64,000 bases of DNA, from positions 18,848,001 to 18,912,000 of the forward strand of contig OZ249444.1 of the NCBI GenBank assembly GCA_965235115.1, written 5' to 3'. Shown here piece after piece: positions 1-15,422 of this stretch (the first letter of the stretch is position 1; each line of letters opens with the position of its first letter). The notes beneath the pieces were generated by a model that was given only the letters and a program-made list of their open reading frames with translations, was not told the DNA's origin and did no database searches. Source of the DNA: Laetmonice hystrix. Taxonomy: Eukaryota. The translations under genes were made by a program, and so were the position numbers.

Positions 1-139
1 GCTCCTTGTAAGAAAGCCATCATTCTGTCTGAATCTCTCAGAGTCCACTGCTCCTTGTAAGAAAGCCATCATTCTGTCTGAATCTCTCAGAGTCCACTGC
101 TCCTTGTAAGAAAGCCATCATTCTGTCTGAATCTCTCAG
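1..139. repeat. 49-bp tandem repeat (~2.8 copies, may extend beyond the window start)
   Basis: Unit gctccttgtaagaaagccatcattctgtctgaatctctcagagtccact at 1-49 and 50-98, with a partial copy at 99-139. Confidence 0.95.
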
Positions 140-3100
140 GCTGCTGTCTGTCAAAACCTCAGAAAGCATGAGAAAAGTTGATTCAACAACATGATTACAT
201 TTCTGTCGATTGCTTGTTGCTCATTAGTGTAGGATTATGAATTTCAGCGTTTTGCCCGAGCAAGTGCTTCCTTTAATGGCTCCCTGAGGGAGAGACGGGC
301 AAAACAGAATTAATCTTCGCATCGAGGTGGGGTAAATGGATCAGAATCATCTCCCGCCATTATTTCTTAATCTTGATTAAGTAGATTGAGAAAGCGTGCT
401 GTATTGATGCGATCTCACGGGCATTTCTCAGTAAGTGCACGGAGCATTGCCACACCGTGGTGTTTAGAGCTGTCGTTTACATGCAATCATTGGCAATGCT
501 TCAAGCCTCATGGAATTGCATTCCCCGAGTTAGTCATGAGGTTCATCCTTAGCATTAATCCCTAATAAAAAGTGCCGAGTCAATCTCGCCTTCCATGGTA
601 CTGTCATAACCGGTTTTACTGAAAGATTCACGACTGGACTACAATGAGAATTTATCAGTTATTTGTTCTGCTGCCGCTCAGGGTTGTGGCCTTGCTTCAG
701 CCGATTGATAATAAATTTATAGAATCGTCTTACAAAAATAGGGACTAATGTTTATGGATCTGGGTCCAAACATGATCATTTAAAACGGTTGCACTTTTTT
801 CATATTTTCCATTATCGAAATGATGGAAAAGTGTAGAACACATGCCTCTTGTCAACAGGCATTAGTATGACGCAGGAAATTTATCGCCAAGATTTTGCGA
901 TAAGGAACAAAGAAGGACAAAGACATCATTCCAGTTTAACTGCTAGGGAAGTACGTGTAGTCGGAAACTTTGAACAAGTGTCAAATGTCTTTCAACTTGG
1001 TGTACATGAACATTTTTATGGACACAATAGTTTCCCCTGTGGAATGCTTATATCTTGACCAGTCATTTTTCTTCCTATCGATTTAAACAGTATGAATATT
1101 TATGAAGTGACACAACGGTACAATATGATCGATGTTTCCAAACCTGCACCTGACCCACTAGTTGTAATCTTGCAGCGTGAAATAGGAATGCACCGTTAGA
1201 ATCTTGATAACCATCTCCAAGCAACAGAATCCGCTTCCAATACACAGATCCTATCTGTATAGTAATCAACCCAGAAACAGATCGGGATGTGAAAACCAAA
1301 CCGACCTAGGTCATCCTCATGAAACCTATTACTTCGTTCACTTCTCTTCAATATTCATTGCCATAACATCATTCCTCTTGTGTAAAATGGCACACACAAG
1401 ACTCAACTTTTAATACGTCTGATAGGACGAGTCCTAGGAGAGGCGTTAGCAACAGATCAGAGGAGTCACTGGGGCAGAACAATGTGATGGATGTGGATCT
1501 TCCATGGTGAATCCTGTCTGTCACAATGATTGAAGACAGTAGCCGAGTGATAATACAGCAGGTGGACCGACCCCAACCATGACTCATACTTGTCACAAAA
1601 TCTTCTTCGTGTTGGAAGCCATTTAGCATGCGGAATGAATGCCAGATTACATAAATAAAGATGGTTCAGTAATGGAAACTGAGGGAAAGTGAAACCTTGT
1701 GTAAAACACCTGTTACATCTCTTGTAAACATCAAGTTGAACCATGGGAACTTCCCTCCATATATTCACAACCATTTTGACATCCCTCATTTACTCATGGA
1801 GTGGAAGCATTCTACATACTGAGAGGCGCTAACAACACAATAATAGTAGGCGCTAGCTTATTCATTGAGAAAGCCCTCAGACTTTTTCATTTTCAACTTT
1901 TTCCCCACCAATGTAAATTAAAACACACATTATCTTGTCCAAACAGTCACTATATCAGGCAAACATCAAAGAGTATAATCGCTAATCCCGTACAAAAAAT
2001 TACATGTTCCATTTCAGTATACATCAGGAGTAAATACAAATTTATAACAAAAACTCAGTTGGTCCACATGATGTAGGGAATTACATGTCGGAGATATTTT
2101 GAATTATGACTTTATATTTTTTTCAATGGAGAGCTGTAATGGATTCGGTCTAGACATGGCCGTATTAGTACTGCCTGCAGGACCTCCTGTCATTCAGTGG
2201 AGAGTTGTGCTGGTTGTGTCCTACAGTCTGATCAGCCTACAACCCTCAGGTTTTTTTAAATAACAGAGTGATTTGCATATCATATCCATGACTTGGTTTT
2301 GCATCCCTAAAATACCCCTTCCTATGTATTTACATCATTCCACGATCAATTTACTCAGAAGATTGACGCCCCCATCAAATGGCTGGCATTTCATTACAAG
2401 GGCCAGCATACTTATACCACGATGGTTCTCATTGCTGAATAGTCCAGATTGACCCATTTCCAATGAAAGTCTCTCATTAGCCCTGAAACCCCCTTTCCTC
2501 TACATTGGTTATTCATTATGAAACCAGGGTCGAATTGGATTTGATTCATTCATGGATACAGTACCATTTTGTTCTCGCTCTCATATTCCGGAGATATTCG
2601 CCGACATGTTAGAGGTCGAACCACAATGTGTGAATCCATTGAGGCTCGCTGTCGGGAGTATTTACCATCAATACTTCACATCTCTAACATCTCACCGTGG
2701 AATATGGCTTTACTCAGAAACATTTCCTTTCTTTCTAAACCCCTTCCCATCATAATCAGAATATAACATGGGCTTTTTTAGTCCTATAAAACGACAATTT
2801 TCAGTGTGCGAAGGTATGGCGCCGAAGTTATTTCCATGATGTAATTAAATGCCTCAGCTGACCTCAGTGCCCTACCTGTTGACCTTCAAACCATAACCTT
2901 GACTCATGACTACGTAAATCTGGGAGACACGTTTGACCCCCGGCTCACATCAATTCATCCCCTTCATAAACCTGACGCTGGCCACAATCGACCTTGGAGC
3001 TCTACGTAAAATTACAAATTATAACCATAATGAAAACCGACAATATCTCAACTTTGTAATTCATATTTCCCCGCTAGAGCAATTTCCTTTTATTTCTATA

Positions 3101-3468
3101 TACTATTTTAGAGCTTTAATCTTTCTGCGTATACTTATATTTCCCTGACTAATATATAATGAGCTTTCTTCATCATTCCATTACAGCAGCTGTTTTAGAC
3201 AAGACCTAAGAAGTGAAATTATGTCAGCCGTCTACTCCACGCTTAATGATTAGCTTCAATTAACTGTGGTTGCATTCATAGGTTAGAAATTAACATTAAT
3301 TGGGACCCTCATTACACTCAGATAGGCATCTTCATAGTGACAGTTAAATATAAATAACTATATACAGTCACTGCATCACGAGGAGATGTTTCATAATAAC
3401 CAATAAACAACCACCACTGTCAGCAACTGATGAAACCATTACGTCAGCAAACGGCTGAATCCTACAAG

Positions 3469-3578
3469 ATACAGGCGGCAGAACAACTAAATACAGGCGG
3501 CAGAACAACTAAATACAGGCGGCAGAACAACTAAATACAGGCGGCAGAACAACTAAATACAGGCGGCAGAACAACTAA
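3469..3578. repeat. 22-bp minisatellite, 5 perfect copies
   Basis: atacaggcggcagaacaactaa repeated head-to-tail with no spacers. Confidence 0.97.
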
Positions 3579-6500
3579 ATGGACGGAGAACTTGCATATT
3601 GCATGTTAAGCACGGCTAGAACATCTTCTGTGAACATGACACTTTTCCAAACTCAGATTTTTAACGGAACCATTATTGATTAAACCTTTTTTTTAAACTA
3701 AAGTCATCGAATTATATAAAAGAAGTGTTGATTGATATCACCAAAGTCCAATCAATAGTTGTCTTCTTTTTAACCACGGTGAATGCCAGAATTTACGGTT
3801 TCCCTATTATGCGGAAATGTCCATGGACATATAGAAAAATAGAATATATGCATCTATGTGCCCGTATATATGTGTGCTTATATCTGTGTGTATACAAAGG
3901 CCGGTGACTCATGTCTAACAGTTAACATAAAAGAGCAGATTTTTCTTGGTCAAGGACTGGTGATAAGAACAACTAGACTGGAGCACACACTGTGACAGCA
4001 TATAGAGCATAGATGCCCACGACAGGACTATGGATCTACGGCCAGACTTAGTGGCTCCCGATAGTTTATGACTGTGAACTATAAAACAAGCCAGGTGGCC
4101 TACATTTTTATCCCCTTTTTAATACCGTAGCTCGGAGGTGCTTTTAAGAAGCTTTGTATTAGTTGATTGGTTGGTTGGTTAAGGCTGGTCGCTGACTGCA
4201 GCCAAGGCAGCAGGTCTGTCTGGTACGTATAGGAGGGGGCGTTACAGCGTAGCACAGTTTCCCATTGTCTATTGTGTCTGACATGACACGCGTCCATATA
4301 GCACCCACACTGACCCCTGCTACACCGGAGTACCTTGACAAAAAACGGGCGGGTCAGTAAAGGGCTCATCCTTTATCATCAGTGACAGCACTCCGTGGAC
4401 ACAGAGGCGAGAAACCTGGCAGCAAACTACTATTATTGTTCATCCGTGTTTACACACTGATGAAAAAAAGTATTTCTGAAAGGTTCCAAATGCGCAGCCT
4501 ACTCCCTACCCCCCAAACACCTATCTGCATAATAGAATGATACTGTTCATCCTATACCATTTTTGTTACGCTTGATGTGAGACAAATTTTAATGAAAGCT
4601 GACCTGTCAGATTTGCCTGGGACAAGCAATAATCTAATGACAGATTATGTACTTGCTATCATAACGTCCCCTGATACTGCCATACTACACCAATGAGTGC
4701 CATTAGTTTCGGTACTTCATCACCAGTTGACTACTCTGAACAAAAGATCCACCTCCAGCCTCCACTTTCTAAAAGGCCAGACAAGAAAATGGTGGAGGGG
4801 AAGAGGTAGTTCTCACAGACCTGCATGAGAACCAATGTTGGTATAAATCCAATTATGGCTTGTTGGCATGAAATCTATCATAGGGTTATCAGATGCAGAC
4901 TGCGCTGTTTCAAAGCCATTAACGCCCGCTTTCAGTTCATGTCCAATCCAGCCATAAAATAGAATCTGCGTGTAAAAACCTTCCGATCGTTTCCAAACTA
5001 ACGAGCGGGAATATGGCTCACTACTGGCCATAGTTACTGCATAGAGCACCCACATTTTCAAATTGCCCTAACCCATTTATTCCGAAGTCCCTCATAATAT
5101 CCAACTTGCCCTACTTTCAGAGTCATTAAAATAGCCAAGCACAATGAGTGCAAGCGTGGGGTTCACCTCAATCAGGGCAAGGCGTAACTACTTAACTAGT
5201 AAAACGTCCTCTTGCTTCTTCTTAAAAACTTCAAATGTCAAACGTATTCAAGATAAGAGTTTCACTAAGAAATGTGGGTGGTCCAGTGGCCCGCAGAGAA
5301 AGGTCCTTTTCAGAACGATCGTTGGCTTGTTGGTCACCCTCACTGCAGTGAATCACATTTGATGAGCCTTTTCCTGACATTCATGAAAACCCACATCGGA
5401 CTGTGAGTGCCCATTGACGACTTATTAGGGTACGTACAAGATAGATCACTCGCAGAGGGACATCTCTAGGGGCCGCATCGTCACTATTGTCTGCTAACAC
5501 AATGGGGGAAAACACCATTTCAACATCAATGCGGGACTTGACGGGAAGGGAATATTTACTAGAACATCAACGAGACGCAAAGTGCTGATGTTGAGATGCA
5601 TTAATCTGATGATCCGAGCTCCTTGTGGTCACCAACACGTTCCAACAGAATGCCACTGAATGCAGTCCGCCCTCTGTGCACACTCCCAAGAAATCAAAGA
5701 ATGTCATCTGTATCAATCAATGGATGCCCGCGTAATTGCGGCCGATCTGTGTGAATAAGGCGGTGTGAATCACGTCCATTCCCGTCCTCATCCGTCATGA
5801 TTGCCCCTCCTGATGAAGGATCTGCCTGTCGACATTCACTCCTGAAAGGACCCCAACAAAAGGTACCCAGGGCAAAGACATCATTTTCTCCTCAGAAATG
5901 TGGTTCTCTTGACCTGAGAAGGAAATACCGCAAGGTGACTAACCTGCGTGTATTCGCTCGTATTTTCAATACATTTCCTACACTTTTCCCTAATACGGAC
6001 TATGGTATAGTATACATACTGTGCAGTGTTATTCCAAGAGTGCCATTTTGGACATCAAAGCCACATACAAATTTGGGGACAGCACTTGGCTGAACTTGAG
6101 CCAAGAGGCAAGCAGTGCAATACAACATTGAGCACATCAATCTATTTGCTTCAAGCTGTTTGTCTGAGTATAATTCTCTATTCTCTGGTCATTATGAATG
6201 CTGTTGAGCAGGGTCGATTAATCAATGGAAAACAGGTCTTGTCACATGACAACGATGTGGCATCAACCGCTGTGCTGGAATTTCAGCTTCAGATATGACC
6301 TGATAACTCAGTGACCCCCTTCTCACAACGAGTCCCACTAGCACTAGTGAACTGCAAAGACTTTACCGTGGACACATAACCTTTGAACTCTGACACAATT
6401 TTTTTTGTATGATGTCCAGAGAGCACATCAAAAGGTCCAGTAAATTAGGAAGCCTTGTCATGACTGGACAACCATGACACAGTCACAGAGGTCTCATCTC

Positions 6501-9500
6501 TGCTGCAAATGACCTTGAACTTCAGCGTCACCCTTCAGCTGACCTTGTCAGGTTGCACTCTGGACCAAAGGCGTTTCAATGCAAATGATGCGAGACATAG
6601 GAACATACAATAGAGTAAAATGAATATGGCTGTAAACAGTGATGCATGGATGCATTGTTATAAACGAGACCGAAGACATAATAATTAGCATGATATAAAA
6701 CATAGCACTAAAATAAAGCTGGTACTTGTATGCAAAGATCTTGGAAGAATGAATTACTCATCGGTGGGGATTGTTACCGTAATTATACAACCTCTTGTCC
6801 CCCCCCCCCCCACACATAACAAAAGGCTAAACTCTTAAGAAACTTATGTCATACTGAATGCGGTGTCTTGCCGCCGAGAATAGCCAGCCAGTCCTATAGA
6901 CACACAGGCAATAACGGCTTGCCGGGGTGGTCTTACGTGTGATTCTGAAGGCCCTGGATGCAGGATACAGATCCAAGATTGTGGACACATTGTGGACGAA
7001 GACAGTCTGTCTCCGAAGATCAGGGTTACTGACCCGCGAGTTTTTTTTATGAGAGGGGGGTTTTAACCATTGGTTCTGGTATTAAAGATGATTAGCATAA
7101 ATTTTCCTGAGCCTGCAGCTGTGTTTGAAATGCATGTTTGACCGATCAACTCCTCGGAATGGCAGAGGCTGCCCAGGAGGAACCTGATCGTGGGTACAAT
7201 CAGGCATATAAACACGGCATCAGTTTCTCTGTGGTTTTTGTGCTAAGATCCAACAGATCCGAGGCCACAAGTTCACATAGAGCCTCATCAGTATGAGTAA
7301 CAACCAAGGGCTGCAAGCCGCTCTCTCCATTCTAACTTAGGGATTGTATCGGCCCGACATCCCTGCTCTATCCTCAAACACAATTGCCTGAAAATAAACA
7401 TGCAGTTATATATAGGCGACTGTTAAGTCTGCATAATTCCAGGTGGAGCTGTTGACCTGTCTGGTGTATCGACGGGATTACCTTACTTCTGTCACCCAAC
7501 GCCGGTCTCTCAAAGACGGAAGGTCAGAGGTCAGACCATGGCCACTTTTATCAGCATGATTTATGCTCGTATTATTGTGTGTTGTAAACGGATCCGACTA
7601 ATGCCACCGAATATTCTCATAAAGACGTACATCAACGGCAAACATGTCGACCTGGCGCCTTCTTCATCACTCTGCTGTCAAGTCAACCCTTTTTTAAATC
7701 AATATGAATTTATATATCCTCTATGTGCTCAAAACTATTCGGTAGGGCCTATAACTTATCTGGAAGGAATGAGGGGTTTAAAATACCTCAATACGCATGT
7801 ACCTCTAGGTAGTCTCGTTTGCTTGCTTTGGTGCCTATCTATAGTACTTTATATAACTGAAGGATATACTGAGGCAATTCATGAAATGTTCATGCTGAGA
7901 TTTCTTTTTAATACGTGTATTTTCCACTGTCGTTAAAAGTTTGAAGTCAAATGCTCAAAATTTAAAAAGTCTCCTAGCAGAACAATCCGCTCAGCCCAGA
8001 AGTGACAGCTTCCTGAGACAAACTTCCGCTAGCCCGTCAGAGGAATCAGGTTGCCGCGGGCTGTAGGGCAGACCCTCTTTGACCACACATTCCTGGCAGG
8101 AATATGAACAGACAGGTTACAGGGAGGTTGGCGCCCTCCACAGCCCGCCAACTCTCTGGTGTTTGTCCTCGTTTGTTTACCCTATAGTAACATCACACGT
8201 CCTAAAACAGCAGGCGAGTTTTTTCAACCAACAAAAACTATTTTCAGCCTTTTGGCCCAGTTTTTCCCCTATGGGGATGACCACATAGCTTTCTCTTTTT
8301 TCATCCGTGTACACATTCGCCGACAAGAAATACAGCACCTACTTCACATACTTTTTCACTGTTATTCAAATCAACAGGTAACTTCACCTTCCTCCTTCCC
8401 TAAGGGCTTGCACAAAAAAAATCTTCTTTTTGTTAACTGCCATCTGTTTTGAAATAATACACTCATTATAAGGGACTCAAACATGCTATGTGCCAAGAAA
8501 ACAACGTGGAAAGTGGAGAGAGAGGTGAAGTTGGAGAGGAGCTGAGGTAGCCACAACCGGTCTGTCCTCCGTCTGTGAAATATGAGTAAAAGGTGGGAAT
8601 TCCTGCTCCTGACAGTTGAAGGGATTTCCCTGTTTACCTGCGATTATCAGCCTATCAGAATTACTTACTGTCATGTTTACAAAGCAAATTGTCTCGAAAC
8701 CTGTGCAAACATACTAACAAGATCTTGACGTCTTATTTCTCCCGAGGCATTTAGGTGTGTATGGCTAGTCTTCTTTTTCATCTGGAATGTAGTATTACCG
8801 ACAACTCGGGTATTCTCAGTGGACAAACAACACGGTTATGGCACTCTAAAGAAGAATCCATCAAAGGTACATGAAGAAAGAACTTTCCATCCTAATGTTT
8901 TGTCAATCAATTGCTCTACAATTTAGAGCTGCCATCACATCTTTTACTTCATGGAACTTTTGACGTTTCGAGCGACTCTTTCATTTCCACATTGGGAAAT
9001 GTTACTCCACGAACTAGACAACGATTTCTGGCAGTATTTGCTTCAGGATTATTTTGAGACTTGTCTTAAAGTAGCTCATAGATAAAACAGGCTAGGACCT
9101 TCATTACGTCCTGCTGTTATGTGATGGAGATGAAATCCCTATTGGGATACATCACGTCCCAATGGACCTTCCAATCAGAGAACCATTTCAGTGGTGTTCT
9201 TTCCTACACAATTACTTACCGAAATTACCGAAGGCCCACTAATTGGCTTCTCAATCAGCTGCACTAAACCTGAAATGGAGCTTTTAGGCCGCAAAGCAAT
9301 CTGTTCCTAAAACACCTGCTTCCTTTAACCTGTGACAGATATCAGTTCAGGACCTCCCAGTCTGGACCCAATGTTAGACCCTGACTTCACGTATGGTATT
9401 TTTCTTGACGTTTCCTTGTAAACCATTAACCCATCTTATTCATGAAAACAATCATGTAGACTATAACCTGAACATGTGGACTATCAGTTCCTATGTCCAC

Positions 9501-12500
9501 GGAAACCCGCTGTTTGGTTTCCTGAGTGGGAGCCACAGGTCGACTACAACACTCTCCATGAAATTCTTCAGTTTGCCCCATGGTACGCGGACGGTACACA
9601 TGTTCTGAATGTCGTGAATGCATGACTACACTGAAGCAGTTTCGGGGTCTACCTGTTCGCCTTACAAACACCCTAGCCTCACGGCCAAGAGTGTTTAGAA
9701 TCTGTCCATCAGTCAAGTATCTCCTATCATATGGCTAAACAAACGCCTGTCTGTTTTGATTTTAATGTGTCACTGGAGAAGTTATCTCTGACTTGCACAA
9801 CGGCGATTTCAGTGCTGTATTTGGGCTTCATTTCTTGTTTGGATTTGAAGGTGATCTTTTCATACCCAAGCATGCCAGGAATTTCCTATCTCGCTGCTGT
9901 GCTAGGATGCAGAATGTTAGGGGGGTAGCAATGGGAGCATCTGACTTTAGTGCTGTAAGACATAAAGGAATAACACCTCTTCCAAAGGGTAAGGAAATTA
10001 TTCACTGCTTGGGAGGCTACGCCATTTTCTACAAAATTCTGGCACAGAATGAAACACTAGTGATTTTTTTCCTGCGAGGCTATGAGAGAGTAAGTTCTCC
10101 AGATATTCAAAATCTAACTTCAAGCTACAACTTATGCTTCAGTAATTTCGTAGCGGAGTATTAAAGAAAATCACGGATATCAACACTCCAGACTAAATTT
10201 GATTGTGATAGTTTTTCCTCTACATTTTGTGATAGAACAAAGGAAGGATCACAATCAATGCCCTCAATCCTCCGATCCATTTCCAGGTGCGAGTCGAAAT
10301 GCTGCCGATTCACGGTCACAAGGCGTCACACTGAACATCCTTTGGATACAATGGACTTGTCGGACAAAGAATGAGTTTTATATCTACATACAAAAAAAGA
10401 AGCCTTCTCCAGAGTGGATGCATTGAATGTCTATTGTGCAATCCTTGACCCCGTTTGCTATCATTCCCAAGGGCTACGGCCTAAATATAACATCTACACA
10501 AAGGTGGAAACTGGTAGACTAGAGACCCTTACGTGATAAGATTACTTTCTAACCGGCACAACACCATTTCCCTTTCATCTGGTGTCAGCAATTTGTTGGG
10601 CCAACAACGTATATCGGTATATGTACCTCTGGCAACAAGGGGGTCTGTAGAATTTAGACGTAATCAGTTCTTAGCTTGTTCTACCACCGGTACCATGGCT
10701 ACCAAAACCAATCTCAAGCTAACTCATTCTAGCCATGATGTTGAAACATTCTCAAGTCTTTGTATTCCAAAACATACCAGCAAGCATACATTTTCACAAA
10801 TAATGTAGAAAAGACCATTTACCCAAAGCTACTGCAACGAACCATTTACTGTTAATTACTGTTACATTTTAGACAGCCTCTGCAAATTAATTATCAAATA
10901 ATCACTGGTAGAAACAAGAGCAGCATGTCAACAAACTTGCCTTAATCGGTTTGTCATCCCAGCCGCCGAGGAGGGCTACTTGGGCAGGCAATGCAAACTT
11001 CAATTAACACACGGTGGAGTGGTTAATAAGCGTCAGTAGAAAGGGTGGTATGGAGAGGCATGATGTTAATATTTACAACCCAAACACACTGGAGTACAGA
11101 TGTTACAAGTAAACTCAATGTGGGGGACGCTGAGTCCTGGATGGATGACTTAACCCTCGGGTTTATAAACTTGAGCTCTAAGTCACCCTTGACAGAGTTC
11201 GCCCTGACAGCTTCCGTTCATTCATGCACACTGAATTGCACTTCAAAGATAATTCTTATTTTCACATCCGACACGAAGAAATCTTTATGCATGACGAATT
11301 TCGCTGACATTTTTAAGTACCCCACAGTACATGTGCAGCATTCCATTTGGTCAGAACAACGAGACACCTCGGTCGTGATCAAGCACTAACTTCCGTCATG
11401 TACTGTTTTGTTCAAAGTAAGCTTCTTGTAGAGTCCGCATCTTTTCTTGGCCAGATTCAATAGAACTCCCCCTAATTCTGTGCAGCAATGAAAAAGCAAT
11501 TTGACACCCATGGTGGCACATTCGTGTAAACAAGCTTAATCAGAATCAATCTGTCTCAGGCTCTGTGACAACAGGCAAAGTCTGACTCTTGGCGCCAACA
11601 ATATTGGTCCAAGAGCTCAGTTACCTGCGGCCAGTCACCCAGTCCAACATATACCTCTATCGTCCAGGTAAACTCGTACCTGTGGAAGTATTGTCCTCCC
11701 ACAGCCCATAGGTATACAGAAATCTGTGGTCACTTTCAGCGTGGACTCTCTAATGCAGGCCACTCTCAGGTAGCGGCACTGTGGTTTGGTGCGGATTTAC
11801 CTCCGAGGACAAGAGAAGACAGAGAATAGTTGTAATATCTGAATAAATGTATAAAACATGATAGGCATCCAGTAAGTACGAGTAATCTATGCAAGGCACG
11901 CCATTTATGCCTCTAACTCATATACGGCGACTTCTACGGAAAGAGATCCTAATGGAAGGCACATTATGTGTAATGTATTATATATTAAAAACTTAATGTT
12001 GGTAAGACTACTTTCTAATACATTCTACTAACAACAAAGTCCATATTTAATTCTGAGAGTACATCTAAGAAAATACGCGCGGGGTTTCTTTTCAAGGCTA
12101 AGCATCTGGCAGCCATAAAACAACAAAAAATCTTGTAGGCGACATAGCTTTACTTATTTGTTCTCACAAATACTGGGACTGCAGACCTTCAAACAGACTA
12201 GCGTTACAAACCTGAGTGGGTTTACACAATCTCTAATGACATTTGTGTGGAAAGGTTGTTGAGAGTTTACACGAGTTGAAGCCAGGTAATATTTACCACT
12301 TTGATAGGTAGAAGATATTCTCCTCATAAAAAATGTCAAGACTTTTTCTGCACCCAGTAGCCGTGTATCCTTGAAGCTCATCCTTGTCTGCTAGCTATCT
12401 CAGCAGAATGCAAGTTAAGGGCAAATATCTTAACGTCTCTGATGCGTTGATATATGGCATATCCCCGTCTTAACACGCCATCATCATCTAAATCACACCA

Positions 12501-15422
12501 TAGAGTAGTCGCCTATACTCTCTGATCACATGATGTATTTAAAGGTAACCTTTTGATCAAAATATGATGAGAGGAACTTAATGTAAAAATAACTTAACTT
12601 CTGACACTTGTCCCTTGTACGTTGTTATTAAATTACTATAAAAATTATTCTCACCACACAATTCTCAAGCTCTGGTGCCATCAACCTAAATTTTAATTTT
12701 CATAAATCCAGCAAACTTCCCCCAAGATCCTATCTCGACCAACTTTATTTATACACAATAAAGGTCAGGCCAGGGTCAGAGTGCAGTACAGCCCCTTTCT
12801 GCGTCGAGCTTCAACTTCAATATTATGATTTGGTCATTTGACACCAACTGCGCAAACAGCCGCCAGCATCCGCCATTTGGAGCTACCGAAATGCCTTACG
12901 GAAATATTTATCGGTGTCGGAGACAACGGATTAGTTCTCAGGTTGACAGGATCGCTCTGTGGTCAGGCAGCTCCAGTTACTCGCGGACAGCAATGAGATC
13001 GGGTCGATGGCTGCGATCTCTGATCAGTAAGCCAGACCCATGGCCTTGTTCAGACAAGAGTTCAGACCTGGCTGTGGACCTCTTGTTTTCCTGTGCACTT
13101 TACGAGTCTTTGATAATCAACGCTTACCAACGCTAATCAACGCTTACACCCATCTCAGGGGGCTTTACCGGCTTAGAAATCGGGCCCTGAAAAACGCTAC
13201 GGTGTGAGACATTCACAACTTGACCATGTGCCAATTAATGTACCTTCTGGTCCCTTCACTAATGATTAGTAATGTAATGGTTTTGGAGTAATCTCTCTTT
13301 ATGTCATGATAAAATACTCTCCTTTGTGATGTTTTTTTTTGTGTGTGAAATAATCTGCAAGGACTATAAATATTTCGTCGTATATTTTGACAGGCCGTAC
13401 TGTCAAGGTGATAAAGATTTGCCTGTTTGCCTTTAAATGTTAAAAAAAAAGTCTCAGGCTATCTGTCTGATATCAAGACAAGACCAAAGAGAACCTGAAA
13501 CCTTTTTGGCGTAAGGTTATCTGTAATAGGACACCCCAGTCTGGTCTGAGCACATGCCTGGCACAGGTTATTCTAATCATACAGTGTGCCACAGCAGCTG
13601 CAGCACTTACTGAAGTTTCATGACATCTGAGAATAAAGACATTACATCTGCAGCAAGCAACAAATGTCAAGTACATCAGCATGGTACTTGAGTTGCATTT
13701 CACGGACTGCAGTCTTCCTTTGTTTGCCTTCTGTAGCCAAATCCAGGCATAAGCTTGCTTTCTTCCTATGCTCTCACACTGTTGTATGCGATCTTTTAGA
13801 TTACCGGATAGCTTTCGACAATACGTAATGCGTTGAAATAACTGGCAAACGTGTCTGGATTTAAAACCACTGAATTCATATTACTTTATACAGGCGTAGT
13901 TCAAGAGATGGAAACAATATACATTTGTATCTTTAAATGGAAGCTATCTGTCTCATGGTGTCTACCGGCCATACTTGGCCCATCAACACTGGCCATCATG
14001 GTCTATGTGAGATAATACCTCTCATGGTATGTCCTCCTACCACTGACAGACTGATCTCCCATCCTTCCTGTCGAACACCAATCGCAGGTGCTGGGTAGCC
14101 ATATCACCATCAGTCATATGCTATTCTACCATTCTCTATCATAGGGGCTCATCATATCCAGGCATTCAGCCAGGTAATGGACATCCTCTCCAGCTTCTTG
14201 ATGAGCATTAATGAGCCAATAAAATGGCCCTAGATTAATCTCCATCCGCTGGTATGCATGGTATCCTTATTAGGTGCTTGGTGATAGGTGCAATTAGCAC
14301 ATACATAGTAAACTACATTAAGACTGACAGTGATAAGTTGTTCTACTGCCAGAGCGTATAGATTTAAGTGTCTTCTACATTCTACCTAGAAATCTGGCCA
14401 GTAAAAATTTACTTTTTCACCTACATGTATTTCGAAATGCCTTTATATGAATAAGTATTCGATATGGTAAGAAATAAAAGCAACATTAGTGCATACACTG
14501 ATCTTTGAGTCCCAGATCTTGCGTATAATTTTAGAAAGGTTACACTTACAGACCGTTAACGATGTAATATTCATGATACATGATATGGGGTCTTCCTTTG
14601 TTTGAACCTTCCTGTTCACAGGCATGGGAAAGTTATAAAGCATTAACAACAATTATAGTTAGATGGTTAGCTATGATTATAGTATACATAATCTGTCATA
14701 TTTTTAGATTTACTCCCATGATCTTTTCTTGAAACCTTTTTAGCAGCTCTGTCTTTGTTTGCCTATAATGCTCAATATATGACATATTTTTCATTATGCT
14801 GGCCTACACCAACTAAAAACTCCTAGAGACGCACTCTGTGACTCACCCCTTCTAAGTCATGATAACGCCACTTCAACCTTATCTATCATATAAAAAATAA
14901 ATAAATAAGGTTCAAGCTAACCTCTATCTTAGACCTTCATGTTTATAAGCCTTGCAGATGAAGCCCTGATTATATATAATTGGATTTTTTTTCTTCAACG
15001 TCTTACTGAGTTACTGTTGACTATCTTCTGCTGTGACTACCAGAAAGTATTACAATAATAAACCACGCCGTTCCTATACACACTGTAAGAAAGTGCAACA
15101 GGACTCGGACAGAATGATATTGTTTTAACACCCAAGTAAACATTAATGATCACTTTGCCGCATTTTTGCACCGACATCAGTAAACAGCACCGCTTCTGCT
15201 GAACAACATTATACCCACAGTTCATTCAACACATACATATAAAAACCGGTTAAATAGTGACCACTACTGGGTAAAAAGGAGAAACGGTATGATACTAGAG
15301 TTAGGCTTGTCTATCCCAGGTACAGCAGGTTATCATACACCAGATGACAAACATGCAAGGGTGCTAATCATGCCATTCAACCACCAGCTAAAGAAGCATG
15401 CTACAGGAATCACACAAAAACA

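Noticed and set aside
3469-3578. 22-bp repeat (and the 49-bp repeat at 1-139) as a CRISPR array
   Set aside because: Units are contiguous with no unique spacers, there are no cas genes, and the context is eukaryotic.
849-15225. Short ORFs and isolated splice-like sites downstream of the giant ORF as its continuation exons
   Set aside because: None gave a recognisable domain or a consistent phase-0 exon with strong sites, so they are left unannotated.
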